Of a stretch of DNA of 64,000 bases, positions 18,698 through 28,402 are shown one piece after another. Location: positions 1 to 64,000 of the IMG/VR virus record IMGVR_UViG_3300031669_000014. One strand, 5' to 3'. The DNA is from a virus. Below the pieces are notes generated by a model, which saw nothing but the letters and a program-made list of their open reading frames with translations, was not told the origin of the DNA and searched no databases. The translations under genes were made by a program, and so were the position numbers. The stretch's first letter is position 1; every line of letters starts with the position of its first letter.

Positions 18698-19308
18698 ATA
18701 AGCCTCCTATATTCTTTATAATGCCTGTCGGTGATAACCTCGGATCCTACATGCCCGCAACAAAGGGAAGTGTCCACGTAAACCTTAAACCCGGCATCTC
18801 GCACCCGTTTACAAAACCCTAAATCCTCAGCAAGCACCGGCATGGGGAAGAATAATGGTTTCGGTGTCTGCTCAAGCACCTCTCTCCTAATCAGACAACA
18901 GGCCATGCCCACACCCTCAACCTCGGCAAGCCCCTCCGCCCAATCGTCGGCAGTCTGTATCTGTACTTTCTCTCCGTCAAACTCAACCCGGGGATAAAAG
19001 CAGGGCGTATACGGCTGCATCCGCTTAAAAGCCATCGCTGACACTACCGGTTTATCCCACCTCAAAAGGCGCTCTATTGTATCCAACCGGGGTTCCATGT
19101 CGCTGTCAAGAAAGAACAGCCATTCATAACCTTCTTTTAGGCAGTGCTCGGCAGCCTGCTCCCGGGCCTCATAGACTAGGCTACTGCCAACAAAGCGGAA
19201 GTCCAGCTGATCGCAAAACTGCCGGGTATGAAATAGTAGCTGTGTCCAGGCAACAACGAATTGATAAGGGAAAAAGCCGGTATGAGGTACGCAGATCAAG
19301 CCTCTCAT
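18691..19308 (-). CDS. GT-A glycosyltransferase
   Basis: FFLDSDM, GVGMACCLIRR, AEDLGFC. Confidence 0.85.
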   Translation of the reverse strand: MRGLICVPHTGFFPYQFVVAWTQLLFHTRQFCDQLDFRFVGSSLVYEAREQAAEHCLKEGYEWLFFLDSDMEPRLDTIERLLRWDKPVVSAMAFKRMQPYTPCFYPRVEFDGEKVQIQTADDWAEGLAEVEGVGMACCLIRREVLEQTPKPLFFPMPVLAEDLGFCKRVRDAGFKVYVDTSLCCGHVGSEVITDRHYKEYRRLIC

Positions 19309-21161
19309 GCGTTACCTCCCATTGCCTGCTGCATTTGCTGCATTATTTGGGCCTGCTGATCGGGAGGTAGTTGCACTAACTCCTGCCGCTGCTCCGGTGA
19401 CAGTTGGCTTAATAGTTGCTGCGGGTCTACTCGCCCCGGTGCTTGCCCTGGCATTTGTTGCTCCGGTGTTGTAAGCATAGTCTGAAAATCCTCCGGATTA
19501 AGTTGAATCCCCGCCATTGCAGCCGCCTGGATCTGCCCACTGACAGGCAAGTCTCGCATACTGATTGACACATTCGGCAAGTCAGTCGGCACCGGAGGAG
19601 TATTGGCTTTCTGCTGTTCGATCTGCTTTATTTCATCAATCAACTCTTGTTTTTGCGGTATAACACCGTTTGGAATCCTCTCCAGGTACTGTAAGAAGTT
19701 TATTTTCTCAGCTTGCAGCAGGTTATCAAGGGTCTGCATGGCAGTAATTTCGCTCCAATAAGAGGAAGGGCCCACATCAACCTTGAGCTTTAAGCGCATA
19801 TCTTTAAGCCGGTTAAAGTCAAACGGCACTACCTGGCGTTGCCCGTTGGTGCTAATCGAGATATTTCTTTTCCCGTATTTCGTTGCCATCATATCAAGCC
19901 AAATATACCCGATATCCTCAACGAACTGGTATAGATTGGCCTTGATTGTCTCCAGGGGGACAGCCGCCGCCTGCTGGACTGCGATAATAGCCGCGTGGTT
20001 ATCCGGCTTCACGTCGCCCAGGGCAGCGTCTGACGCTCCTAGCATGTCCTTGGTATAGTTAATACTCGCGTCAATGACTTGCATTACCTGATTTGACATA
20101 TTCCCAGGCTGCAAGAATGCCGCCACTTTGTTAACGTCTTGCCCACCAGTAACAGGAATAGCCTGCCCGATCTGATTATTCCACTCCTTGATAAGACTGG
20201 AATCGTATACTGCCTTGGGGAATGCGTTGTACATAAGGTTAAGCATGACCATGGCAAACATCTTGTTAATGAAAATCTGATTCGGAACCAGGCCGGTTCC
20301 TACCGCCTGCCCGTGATAACTGTTCTTACGCTTATCCCAATTCATCCAGGCAATGGGATAAAGTTTCTGGCCGGTATCGACGTTCTCCCGGATTGTTACC
20401 GCCCGGGTGGATTTGTTCCACCAAATCGTTTTCGTTTTCGGATCGCGCCAAAACTTAATGATCGCCGTAGTCTTGCCGGTATTCTCACCGGAGGTGTCAA
20501 GCTCAATCTTGGCCATGTCACCGGATTGCTCCTGAGTGTCGGTATCACCACTGATCATGTTGACCTTATATTCCTCAACGCCGTTTTTACGGGCCTCATC
20601 CCGAAGGCTAGAAACCAATTCCCTAAAAGAGATGATATTATAAGGCTGCTTCTGTACCCGGTAATCATTAGGATTGCCAAAAAAGACATTGACATTATCC
20701 GGCAGTTCAATCTCGTTGTCACCTTGAGCCTCCTGGCCGGTGTCAATCTCGGGATTCCACCAGCAGTAAGCGCAAGCATCACCGGAAAGAGCAGCATCCA
20801 ATAGCACCTGCCGGAGGTTATTGTCCATCTTCAAATTTTCCCAAAGGGTTTCGCTGTATTTAGAGATGATTTCCGCAGCCTGCTTGACCTCCAGTTCCTG
20901 CGGGTCCTGCGTATCGTCGCCGATATTCTCCGGCGTAAACTGCATCTTTACCGCGCTGGACATGATAGCGGCAATGAAGTAGTTAATAATGCGCTTGAAG
21001 ATATTAAATACCGGAGTTGGGAGGCCGTTGGATACTACCCCTTTCCACTGATCGCCTGCATACATGCGCTCGTTGCGGTCAACGGTGGCGCCCAGGTCAA
21101 TCTTGCGGTTGTAATCCTTGCCTTTTTCGTATAGATCCCATTCGCGCGTTGTGTCGCTCAT
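19305..21161 (-). CDS. Portal protein A
   Basis: YAGDQW, PVFNIFKRII, Q-rich tail; follows terL. Confidence 0.85.
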   Translation of the reverse strand: MSDTTREWDLYEKGKDYNRKIDLGATVDRNERMYAGDQWKGVVSNGLPTPVFNIFKRIINYFIAAIMSSAVKMQFTPENIGDDTQDPQELEVKQAAEIISKYSETLWENLKMDNNLRQVLLDAALSGDACAYCWWNPEIDTGQEAQGDNEIELPDNVNVFFGNPNDYRVQKQPYNIISFRELVSSLRDEARKNGVEEYKVNMISGDTDTQEQSGDMAKIELDTSGENTGKTTAIIKFWRDPKTKTIWWNKSTRAVTIRENVDTGQKLYPIAWMNWDKRKNSYHGQAVGTGLVPNQIFINKMFAMVMLNLMYNAFPKAVYDSSLIKEWNNQIGQAIPVTGGQDVNKVAAFLQPGNMSNQVMQVIDASINYTKDMLGASDAALGDVKPDNHAAIIAVQQAAAVPLETIKANLYQFVEDIGYIWLDMMATKYGKRNISISTNGQRQVVPFDFNRLKDMRLKLKVDVGPSSYWSEITAMQTLDNLLQAEKINFLQYLERIPNGVIPQKQELIDEIKQIEQQKANTPPVPTDLPNVSISMRDLPVSGQIQAAAMAGIQLNPEDFQTMLTTPEQQMPGQAPGRVDPQQLLSQLSPEQRQELVQLPPDQQAQIMQQMQQAMGGNA

Positions 21162-21412
21162 TCTTTCACCACCTCTTGAGGCGTTCCATCATAGGCGAGG
21201 AGATTAGCCAACCCGTCACGGAACTTGTCCTGCTCCTGCTTTGTCTGCTTAGCCTCCCGGTGCTCCTGCATGGCCTTAATAGGCCCCTTAATCGGAACTG
21301 GTGTCTTACCCTGTCCAACGGCTAGGCCGTCCTGTAGGCCGCGCCTATAGGCCATTAAGGGGCATAGGAAAAGGCACAGCCCAAAGGCGATGCCCATGAT
21401 AGTGTATTCCAT
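21158..21412 (-). CDS. Small N-terminal-TM protein
   Basis: AGGAGG RBS before MEYTIMG. Confidence 0.55.
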   Translation of the reverse strand: MEYTIMGIAFGLCLFLCPLMAYRRGLQDGLAVGQGKTPVPIKGPIKAMQEHREAKQTKQEQDKFRDGLANLLAYDGTPQEVVKE

Positions 21413-21422
21413 TGTCAACCTC

Positions 21423-22757
21423 CTAGTAGTTGATATAGCTATTATCAGGTTTCGCCCCGGTGTAGGGGTCAGGCTTTGGCTTCTCGTGCTTCCAATTATA
21501 ACGCTGCGGCTTCGCTTTCTCTTCATCTCTGAACTGCAAGCACTCATAATTCATGGCATATCGCGCCGCATCAATCGTATGGTTATTCTTGTCTGGATAG
21601 TTGGCCTTGAAGTTACCATTTACATCCTTCTCCAACTCGTAGTTCATAAACTCCCTGGCTGTCTCCGGGCACCGCTTGTCGTCGATAATGATAGCTTCCA
21701 GGTCTTGCAGGAACTTGATGCCATACTCTACGCTATCCGGTCCCTTCTTGACCGGCGCCACCCTGAGCCCATACTGGCATAGCTCATTGATACTCTTCGG
21801 TTCCGCTGAGTCTGCCAGGATTGGCTCGTTGGAGGTATTCTCCTGTTCAATATGAGTATATGCTGAGTGGTTTGAAAGCCCAACCTTGTAGTATTCATGG
21901 TAGATAAATAGCCGCTTTAACTTACGGTTATAGCTGCAAACGAGATAAGCAAATGGGTCAATCGCATACCCGAAGTCCATTCCGCGGCGTATGGTCTCAA
22001 ACTCTGCTATCTCCTCATCGCTGATTGGCCGGATCTGAACATTGCCAAATACCTCACCTCCGGTACCGGTAACCTCTCCAAGGTACTCATGGTTATAAGA
22101 CGTTTCTTTTGTAGCCTTGAGGTGTTCAGCCTCGGCGATAAACTGCTCACCCAGCCAGGCCGGCGGGACCGTCAAATAGCTGCTGTGATGCACAAGCCTA
22201 TCTTCCCGGGTGAGCTGAACCTCCGTATTAACCCAGTTGGCGGCAGACTTTGGCGGGTTGTAGGTGTAGAACACCACAAATTTAGAACCGCCACGAAGTA
22301 GTGTCTGGTTAATCATCCGTATTTCTTCGGTTCCGTTAAACTCATCAACTTCCTCGTACCAGAAGAACTTGCAATAGCCGCGCCTAAAGGTGAAAGACTT
22401 GATTTTCTTCGGATTATCTGCACCCCGGAATAGGATTTTCTGGCCGGTTGGAATATATGTCAGGCTTAACGGGCTAGTATTCTGATGCCAATACCGTTCC
22501 ACCCCTAGCGCATCTATTGCCCAGCATAGTTGTACGTATACGCTATCCTTGAGCGTATCCTTGACCTTCCGCAGGGCGCAGGCGTTGGCGTTAGGGTCCT
22601 TCATTATGCCCAGAATTATTTCTATAGCTGCAAAGGTTGACTTGGTGCTGCCCCGGCCACCTTTGGCCCAATAATGAGTATGCCCACCTCGTTTGATGTC
22701 GGCATGAACCGGGTGGAATGACGGAGCTACTAGGTTTGAGATGCGAATTTCAGCCAT
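21423..22757 (-). CDS. terL: Terminase large subunit, PBSX family
   Basis: KGGRGSTKS Walker A, WYEE Walker B, YNPP, GMDFGY, NNHTIDAARYA. Confidence 0.95.
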   Translation of the reverse strand: MAEIRISNLVAPSFHPVHADIKRGGHTHYWAKGGRGSTKSTFAAIEIILGIMKDPNANACALRKVKDTLKDSVYVQLCWAIDALGVERYWHQNTSPLSLTYIPTGQKILFRGADNPKKIKSFTFRRGYCKFFWYEEVDEFNGTEEIRMINQTLLRGGSKFVVFYTYNPPKSAANWVNTEVQLTREDRLVHHSSYLTVPPAWLGEQFIAEAEHLKATKETSYNHEYLGEVTGTGGEVFGNVQIRPISDEEIAEFETIRRGMDFGYAIDPFAYLVCSYNRKLKRLFIYHEYYKVGLSNHSAYTHIEQENTSNEPILADSAEPKSINELCQYGLRVAPVKKGPDSVEYGIKFLQDLEAIIIDDKRCPETAREFMNYELEKDVNGNFKANYPDKNNHTIDAARYAMNYECLQFRDEEKAKPQRYNWKHEKPKPDPYTGAKPDNSYINY

Positions 22758-22856
22758 AAAATATACACTCTCACTATCATTTTCTAGCAGAATTAAGCAG
22801 AAAAACCGCGTAGTATCCTAAAAGTAAGGATTAATACGGCTTTGAGGCTACTTCCT

Positions 22857-22884
22857 GGTTTACATAATGCTGATTAGTGGAACA
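22857..22884 (-). promoter_or_regulatory. dif-like Xer recombination site
   Basis: TGTTCCACTAA-TCAGCA-TTATGTAAACC, 11-6-11; right arm 10/11 to B. subtilis dif arm TTATGTAAACT. Confidence 0.75.
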
Positions 22885-22890
22885 TGCCCA

Positions 22891-23394
22891 CTATTTTTCA
22901 ATGTCGTCAATTATCTTTACTGCCAATTCCCCAGTAACATTTAGGTTTTCCGTAAACATGCCCAGGTGACGGCCAAGAAGTTCCAAAGCCCCTTTCTTGT
23001 CGTGGAGCTTGAACTTGACGCTATTGCCATTCTGTGTGGCAGTTTGAGACACTTCGGCAACACAGGCAAGCTCATCCTCCCCGAGTGCTTCCGAAGGTTC
23101 CAGCGACACAGAATCACCGGACCACTTCGCATATTTACCGATATTTGAGAAGCCCATCTTTGCAAGTTCCGCAACTACCATATCGGCAGTTACAAGGGTG
23201 CGTTTCTCCCTATTCTTCATAGCTTCCTGTATTGCGGCCTGAACGTCAACAAAGGTCAACAACCTCTGACCAATAGATTTAGCTGTCCTAGGTGAATAGC
23301 CGGCACGAATTGCAGCCTGAGTAGCATTAAGATCCACAAGATACTCAGCCACAAACATTTTCTGTTTTGGCGTCAACTCCCTTGCTATCGGCAT
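22891..23394 (-). CDS. terS: Terminase small subunit (Terminase_2)
   Basis: LTPKQKMFVAEYLVDLNATQAAIRAGYS; KLHDKKGALELLGRHLGMF. Confidence 0.95.
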   Translation of the reverse strand: MPIARELTPKQKMFVAEYLVDLNATQAAIRAGYSPRTAKSIGQRLLTFVDVQAAIQEAMKNREKRTLVTADMVVAELAKMGFSNIGKYAKWSGDSVSLEPSEALGEDELACVAEVSQTATQNGNSVKFKLHDKKGALELLGRHLGMFTENLNVTGELAVKIIDDIEK

Positions 23395-23424
23395 TTTCCT
23401 TCACCTCCAAAATCTCTCCACGCC

Positions 23425-23646
23425 TCACAGCGTCCCCTGTGCGCCCCGCAAACTATCGCGCTGGTATGCTTCATGGAACAGTTTATTTAATTCATCGTCG
23501 CCCATCTTCCCCAGTTCGGTTTTATCCATCTGGTATTCCCGTGCGATAAAATCAACTTGGTTCTGCCTCTCCTCATTCCATTTCCGGAACTTATCTATAA
23601 CCGTCAGTGGGCTGCATTCCCTGAAAGCCAATGCCATCTTTCTCAC
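23425..23646 (-). CDS. Hypothetical protein
   Basis: ORF track, operon context. Confidence 0.5.
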   Translation of the reverse strand: MRKMALAFRECSPLTVIDKFRKWNEERQNQVDFIAREYQMDKTELGKMGDDELNKLFHEAYQRDSLRGAQGTL

Positions 23647-23714
23647 CCCGTTCCCTATTTACGCCAAGCCATGTGTTCAGTTGGTTGATTCGCCGACATT
23701 GTGCCAGGCTTTTT

Positions 23715-23963
23715 TTAAACTACCTTCAATCTTTTCCGTCTTGTCTTACTTACATCTTCCGTGTATTCTTGCTTTGCAAACTCCTTCGGCGAAACAATGA
23801 GATATCTGTCATCTCTGGCGTGTTTTTCTAGTTTCATTTCCTCGTCATATGTTTGGATGTAGACGTTGACAGCGCCTATCACGATATTGTTATCTCTAAT
23901 AAATCGTACAAACTCATCTGCGATCCTCTCAGGCGTCAGCCCTTTCTCATATTTAATTCTCAT
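23715..23963 (-). CDS. Hypothetical protein
   Basis: Translationally coupled to upstream wHTH gene. Confidence 0.6.
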   Translation of the reverse strand: MRIKYEKGLTPERIADEFVRFIRDNNIVIGAVNVYIQTYDEEMKLEKHARDDRYLIVSPKEFAKQEYTEDVSKTRRKRLKVV

Positions 23964-24448
23964 TTCGCAACCCCCCGTTTAATAAGTTCCCGGGAAATAA
24001 AATAACCTTCTTTTGTGTATGCAAGAAGGTCATGGTCTTTCAGTTTGGCTATAATTGCCTGTGTGGTTTTGTAACTCTTTCCGAACACCTTCATGATGTC
24101 AGCAAACTTCATTTGCCGCTTTCCCCTGCCATATATGAGTTTACCGGTTCCCCATTCGATATAAGGAGTGAGATATATCAAATACCCCGTAGCTTCCGCT
24201 GGAAGCCCGCCTTTCATGAGCCGTATAAGTTCCTCTATCATAATCATTGCATAAGGCTTCTTGCCACCTGTATGCTTTGGAGCATTGGCCTTTTTGCGTG
24301 TATGCCAGAAGGTGTAAATTGGCTCTGGCAGTTCCGGGTGTTGGACCTGGACATATTCACTGCTACCACATTTCTCCCGGCTCAGTATAAACTCGTCCTT
24401 TATGGCGTTTCGTTCGCCAGAGATATACTTTGCAATATCACTCCTCAC
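23960..24448 (-). CDS. Winged-helix protein (RepL/MarR-like)
   Basis: GYLIYLTPYIEW...DIMKVFGKSYKTTQAIIAKLKDHDLL...YFIS. Confidence 0.55.
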   Translation of the reverse strand: MRSDIAKYISGERNAIKDEFILSREKCGSSEYVQVQHPELPEPIYTFWHTRKKANAPKHTGGKKPYAMIMIEELIRLMKGGLPAEATGYLIYLTPYIEWGTGKLIYGRGKRQMKFADIMKVFGKSYKTTQAIIAKLKDHDLLAYTKEGYFISRELIKRGVAK

Positions 24449-24892
24449 ATAATCTCAGCTCCTTGTTTTGACCCCAAAGAAATACATTATAAAAGGAATT
24501 GCATGTCCGATTGCCCTTCGCGCTTACTGGCTGTAAGGCTGAATGCTGTTTTTGGCATGGATAGATTTTATCCATGGCACCGCTTGCGAAAATAATTTAA
24601 AATTTTCCCTTGCGGGATCTCCGGCCTGGTCGCCCAGGTCGCGGAGATTATTCTAAGCCGGGCTTGTGGCAACCTGCATATTACCGGCTGATGTTTCGCG
24701 CGGGGCCTGCGAACGCGCAAGCCCATATAATAAATCAACCGGTTGGGGTATATACGCACAAATAAAAGCACCCTCGCGGGTGCGGTGTTCTCGTGTGGGG
24801 CTGTTGACGCAACCCCACGGGATGATGTCCAATGTCAATTTATAAATGGGCGTGCTATACACCACTACCATACCATGTCCAATATTCGGCTG

Positions 24893-25177
24893 TCAACACT
24901 CCATATACAAACTCCTGAAGTTTTTCGGCGGCTTCTTGCGTTTTTTACATTTACTTTTGGAGCTCCTACCAGACGCCTCCCCCGGCGGCAAAGCCTCCTT
25001 CTCCTTCCGATCCGGCGGGCTTGTCTTGGCCCACCAGCACCAAAATCCGTCAGATTCCCACGGATCTTCTTGCTCGTTCCTCTCCCGGATAGCCTCCACA
25101 CTGGCAGCAGCGGACTTGTTGACTGATCGCTTCGCTGCCTCGTTGGCCTGAATTAGATGATCATCCATCCATGCCAC
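24893..25177 (-). CDS. Hypothetical protein
   Basis: ORF track. Confidence 0.4.
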   Translation of the reverse strand: MAWMDDHLIQANEAAKRSVNKSAAASVEAIRERNEQEDPWESDGFWCWWAKTSPPDRKEKEALPPGEASGRSSKSKCKKRKKPPKNFRSLYMEC

Positions 25178-25247
25178 CCCCTAATAGATACTGTACTTAA
25201 GAGATTGTCTATGCCCCGTGAGGGGTATTATTTTTGTCTATTTGTCT

Positions 25248-25568
25248 TTAAAGGAAATACAATAAAGTATTTATCCCTATATGCCCTGCCTGATCATAAT
25301 AAATTAAGTGCCAATGTGCATCGTCTCTTGGTTGTTGTGATTTCCACCAATCAATCAACATATGCGTGGCAAGAATTACTCCAAATTTCCAGTCTGTATA
25401 TCTACCGAAATAGAACAAAACAGCAGACAAAATAGTTGCGTAAATGATTGCATGGGCAAAGAGAATATATACACGCCTGCCTTTCATTTGTGCTACAAAG
25501 TCACCCTGTAAGGGGAAATCAGCTACATAGTGTGCCCCTAATAAAAATATGATGGGCGTAATCATCAC
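25248..25568 (-). CDS. DUF3307-like membrane protein
   Basis: HYVADFPLQ...HAIIY...HMLIDWWK...DQAGH. Confidence 0.8.
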   Translation of the reverse strand: MMITPIIFLLGAHYVADFPLQGDFVAQMKGRRVYILFAHAIIYATILSAVLFYFGRYTDWKFGVILATHMLIDWWKSQQPRDDAHWHLIYYDQAGHIGINTLLYFL

Positions 25569-26002
25569 TTCCCAGCCCCCTTCCTTTTAATCCAAATTAA
25601 CGCATCTGCAACCGCATCCTCCCTACTCTCACCTGCGAACGTCTTGTATATCGTTTGTACCGTAGCCGACAGCCAGTAGATGTCGCAGCCATACCCACCG
25701 TCCTTCAACGTCACCGAGTCGGCGTTCCAGCCGCGTTTTTCAATCTCTGTCAGGAGTTGCGAGAGACGGGGTGCGAAGATGTGTTGTTGTACTATTTTTC
25801 TAATTGCTTCTTCTGCATCTTCCCCACTAAATCCAGAACCCCATTTTCCGCTATACACGAATTTATTTCCAGGATATCTATAGGTATGCGTAAATCCAGC
25901 GTTATCTTTGTATGGATAATTATAATAAAAACAATCACTTTGGGTATATTCCCACAACAACCCCGCAACTTTTAGCGCCTTTGCCTTCTCTAGGCTAATC
26001 AT
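25565..26002 (-). CDS. Phage hypothetical protein (paralog of 25999)
   Basis: SLEKAKALK.AGL.W; IFAPRLSQLLTEIEKR. Confidence 0.65.
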   Translation of the reverse strand: MISLEKAKALKVAGLLWEYTQSDCFYYNYPYKDNAGFTHTYRYPGNKFVYSGKWGSGFSGEDAEEAIRKIVQQHIFAPRLSQLLTEIEKRGWNADSVTLKDGGYGCDIYWLSATVQTIYKTFAGESREDAVADALIWIKRKGAGK

Positions 26003-26370
26003 ACATCGGCCTCCTTTTTATTCTCCATCAGCCAAATTAAAGCGGCTGCAGTTGCGCCCTCGGGGGTGTCTGCAAAAAAGTATTTAGCGCCGCAACCTAT
26101 TCCACACAACCAACCGCCGCCCGAACGACTTGCTATTTGTACCAATTCATCCCGCTTTTCAATTTCAGCCAGGAGTTGCGAGAGAGAAGGGGCAAAAATA
26201 CATTCTGCGGTAGGTTTTGGATCTGTCCACCTATTCAGTAATACTTTGCTAGGTGTAGGGCACCCAATAACCACCTGATCAACAGTCCAAAGATAAACCA
26301 TATCGCCAACTTCCGGATACCACACCAGCCCCGCTGATTTTAATTCTTTTGCTTTATTGAGAGACAGCAC
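25999..26370 (-). CDS. Phage hypothetical protein (paralog of 25565)
   Basis: SLNKAKELK.AGL.W; IFAPSLSQLLAEIEKR; GGAGG before GTG 26370. Confidence 0.65.
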   Translation of the reverse strand: MLSLNKAKELKSAGLVWYPEVGDMVYLWTVDQVVIGCPTPSKVLLNRWTDPKPTAECIFAPSLSQLLAEIEKRDELVQIASRSGGGWLCGIGCGAKYFFADTPEGATAAALIWLMENKKEADV

Positions 26371-26593
26371 GGCTTTTTCCTCCTCCCTGTTGTTTAAATT
26401 CCTTTTCTGCCCTGTCGTAATTAGGATTCCATCTGCATCCATCATTGGAATATAATTTAACGGTGTGGCCACACTTTTTGCACCTAAACATGCTGACATT
26501 AGCGCTTTCTTGGTCTAAGCAGTATGTATCTCTTTCCCACTCATGATTAAAACAGAACAAAGAACCCAAAATAGACTTAAAAAAGTTAATCAA
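26354..26593 (-). CDS. Small Cys/His protein (DUF1660-like)
   Basis: LFCFNHEW...CKKCG. Confidence 0.55.
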   Translation of the reverse strand: MINFFKSILGSLFCFNHEWERDTYCLDQESANVSMFRCKKCGHTVKLYSNDGCRWNPNYDRAEKEFKQQGGGKSRAVSQ

Positions 26594-26742
26594 AGTAGTA
26601 TCCCCTTCGCACCGAGTCTACTTTTTACTGGTGCCCATCTTGGTACTCATTTTCGTATATTTGGCGCATAATCAACGAATTTGGTTAATTTCGGCTATTT
26701 TTAATGAGCCCCGCCACCCGCGAAGATGGCGGGGCTTGCTAT

Positions 26743-27126
26743 TTAAGACGCTTTCTTATTCAGGTAGTCAGCCACGGAAGCAATATTGTCGAAAGTTTGT
26801 CCGCCGTTCCTAACCACCATTGCTGCCACTGCGCCAAGTGATTTAATTTGTGCTTTATCAAACCCATCCGGCAGGACGCAAAACAGTGTTTTATCTGGCC
26901 GCTTATTGCTGTCATCCACCACTTCTGCGATTGAATAAACACCAGTCATTTCCTTGGAAATGGTGTAAAGAACGAGGTCGCACTCTTGCCGCTGCTTAAT
27001 TTCCTCTGTCATACATTCCGGCGTCCAATCCGAGACAACGGGGTTGTAATAGTCAATTAGCAACAAAGTAATTAGTTCTTCGCGCCAGGTGCTTTCGTTG
27101 CAGGTTCCACCTAAGAACACTTTCAT
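26743..27126 (-). CDS. Nucleoside 2-deoxyribosyltransferase-like protein
   Basis: KVFLGGTCNESTWR, YYNPVV, GVYSIAE; flanked by hairpins 26706-26737 and ~27150-27179. Confidence 0.75.
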   Translation of the reverse strand: MKVFLGGTCNESTWREELITLLLIDYYNPVVSDWTPECMTEEIKQRQECDLVLYTISKEMTGVYSIAEVVDDSNKRPDKTLFCVLPDGFDKAQIKSLGAVAAMVVRNGGQTFDNIASVADYLNKKAS

Positions 27127-27447
27127 AATTCATCCCCCTGTTTTTTATTAGCCCCGCCAGCTACTACCCCGACGGGGCCGACATATACACCTAATCACAA
27201 CTGATAACGTAAGCTGGGATTCACCTCGCTTTCGTTTTAGTTTTTGCCTGTGTCACAAGTTGTGGGACCTGTGATTTCACACCGAACAGTTGGCGTTGGC
27301 ATCACCTCTCGTTCCATTTTTCATCCCAAACCCTTCTCCCCTTCGGCTGTTTCCGCATTTTCTTCCACTACTGCGTCTGGATCGATTCCGTTGAATACAA
27401 AAAACATTGGTTCAAGCGCCATCCCAGCGGCTTTTTCATGTGCTTCT

Positions 27448-27714
27448 CTATTGGTCAAATTCATGCACCATCTTTCTTCTCGGCTGTTTCCGCGTCTTCT
27501 TCCGCTTCCCCATCGGCTCCACTCGGTTCATCTGCACAATCGTCGGCGCCGGCTTCGGGGCCGGGGTATACTCGCGCTCCGGCACTATCCGCATCACAGG
27601 CGGTTGTATCGGCTCGCCCAGCTTGCGCCACTGCCGGAAGCCACAGACTGCGGCGACACTGAGGAGGATTGCGCCGGCGGTGTAGATGATGGTCATGGCG
27701 TGGCCTCCCTGCAA
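27448..27714 (-). CDS. Small N-terminal-TM protein
   Basis: ORF track. Confidence 0.45.
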   Translation of the reverse strand: MQGGHAMTIIYTAGAILLSVAAVCGFRQWRKLGEPIQPPVMRIVPEREYTPAPKPAPTIVQMNRVEPMGKRKKTRKQPRRKMVHEFDQ

Positions 27715-27995
27715 GTAAACTCACACTCAATATATTTTTGTATCTTAATGCCGCTACTTTCTAGTGGTATCCAACTGTCAGTATTAAGTCCTGTTTCAGT
27801 AAAAACGATGTCTACTAACCTAATGTTTTTAATATCAGTTTCTTTTATTTTAGCTCTGGTAGCATATAAAACTTCACTAACGATTCTTTTTCTAAGTTTT
27901 CCATGGTCAATAAGTTTAATGCTGTCATAGTAACCTTTTGTTGCTAGATACGCCTTATCCATTTCATCGTTAAAAAGTATATCAGGTAAATTCAC
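27693..27995 (-). CDS. Hypothetical protein
   Basis: GAGG RBS, AT-rich. Confidence 0.55.
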   Translation of the reverse strand: MNLPDILFNDEMDKAYLATKGYYDSIKLIDHGKLRKRIVSEVLYATRAKIKETDIKNIRLVDIVFTETGLNTDSWIPLESSGIKIQKYIECEFTCREATP

Positions 27996-28016
27996 GGCGT
28001 CGCCCTCCTCTCTCGC

Positions 28017-28400
28017 TTACTTTTTAACCAATCCGATAATATCCATAAAGGCGTAGTATTCTGGGTTAACAAGGTGTTTAATCGATGAAGTTAAAAGAAG
28101 TGGAATAAATATTATCGCCACGATTGCAACTGTGATTGTTAGTATGCCAAAAACTTCATTGTTTACCTGGGAAGAAGTACTCCCTCCTTTTTCTTCCTCT
28201 TTTGCTTTTTTAAAGAAGTGCGGAGTTTGTTTTATTGACACAAACAATACAATCGATAAAAATAATGTCAATATTAAATCTGTGATTCCGTTTGTAATTG
28301 CCTGCCTAATCATCACACCCCACAAATTATCCACCGTTACACCAATTTTTTGTGCCAAATGGTCTAAAAGTGGCGCGATTGATGTAAAATCAACATTCAT
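28017..28400 (-). CDS. Two-TM membrane protein
   Basis: LAQKIGVT...NPEYYA. Confidence 0.65.
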   Translation of the reverse strand: MNVDFTSIAPLLDHLAQKIGVTVDNLWGVMIRQAITNGITDLILTLFLSIVLFVSIKQTPHFFKKAKEEEKGGSTSSQVNNEVFGILTITVAIVAIIFIPLLLTSSIKHLVNPEYYAFMDIIGLVKK

Positions 28401-28402
28401 TT

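Noticed and set aside
24680-24725. Hammerhead ribozyme (CTGATG...stem)
   Set aside because: Lacks CUGANGA and GAAA core
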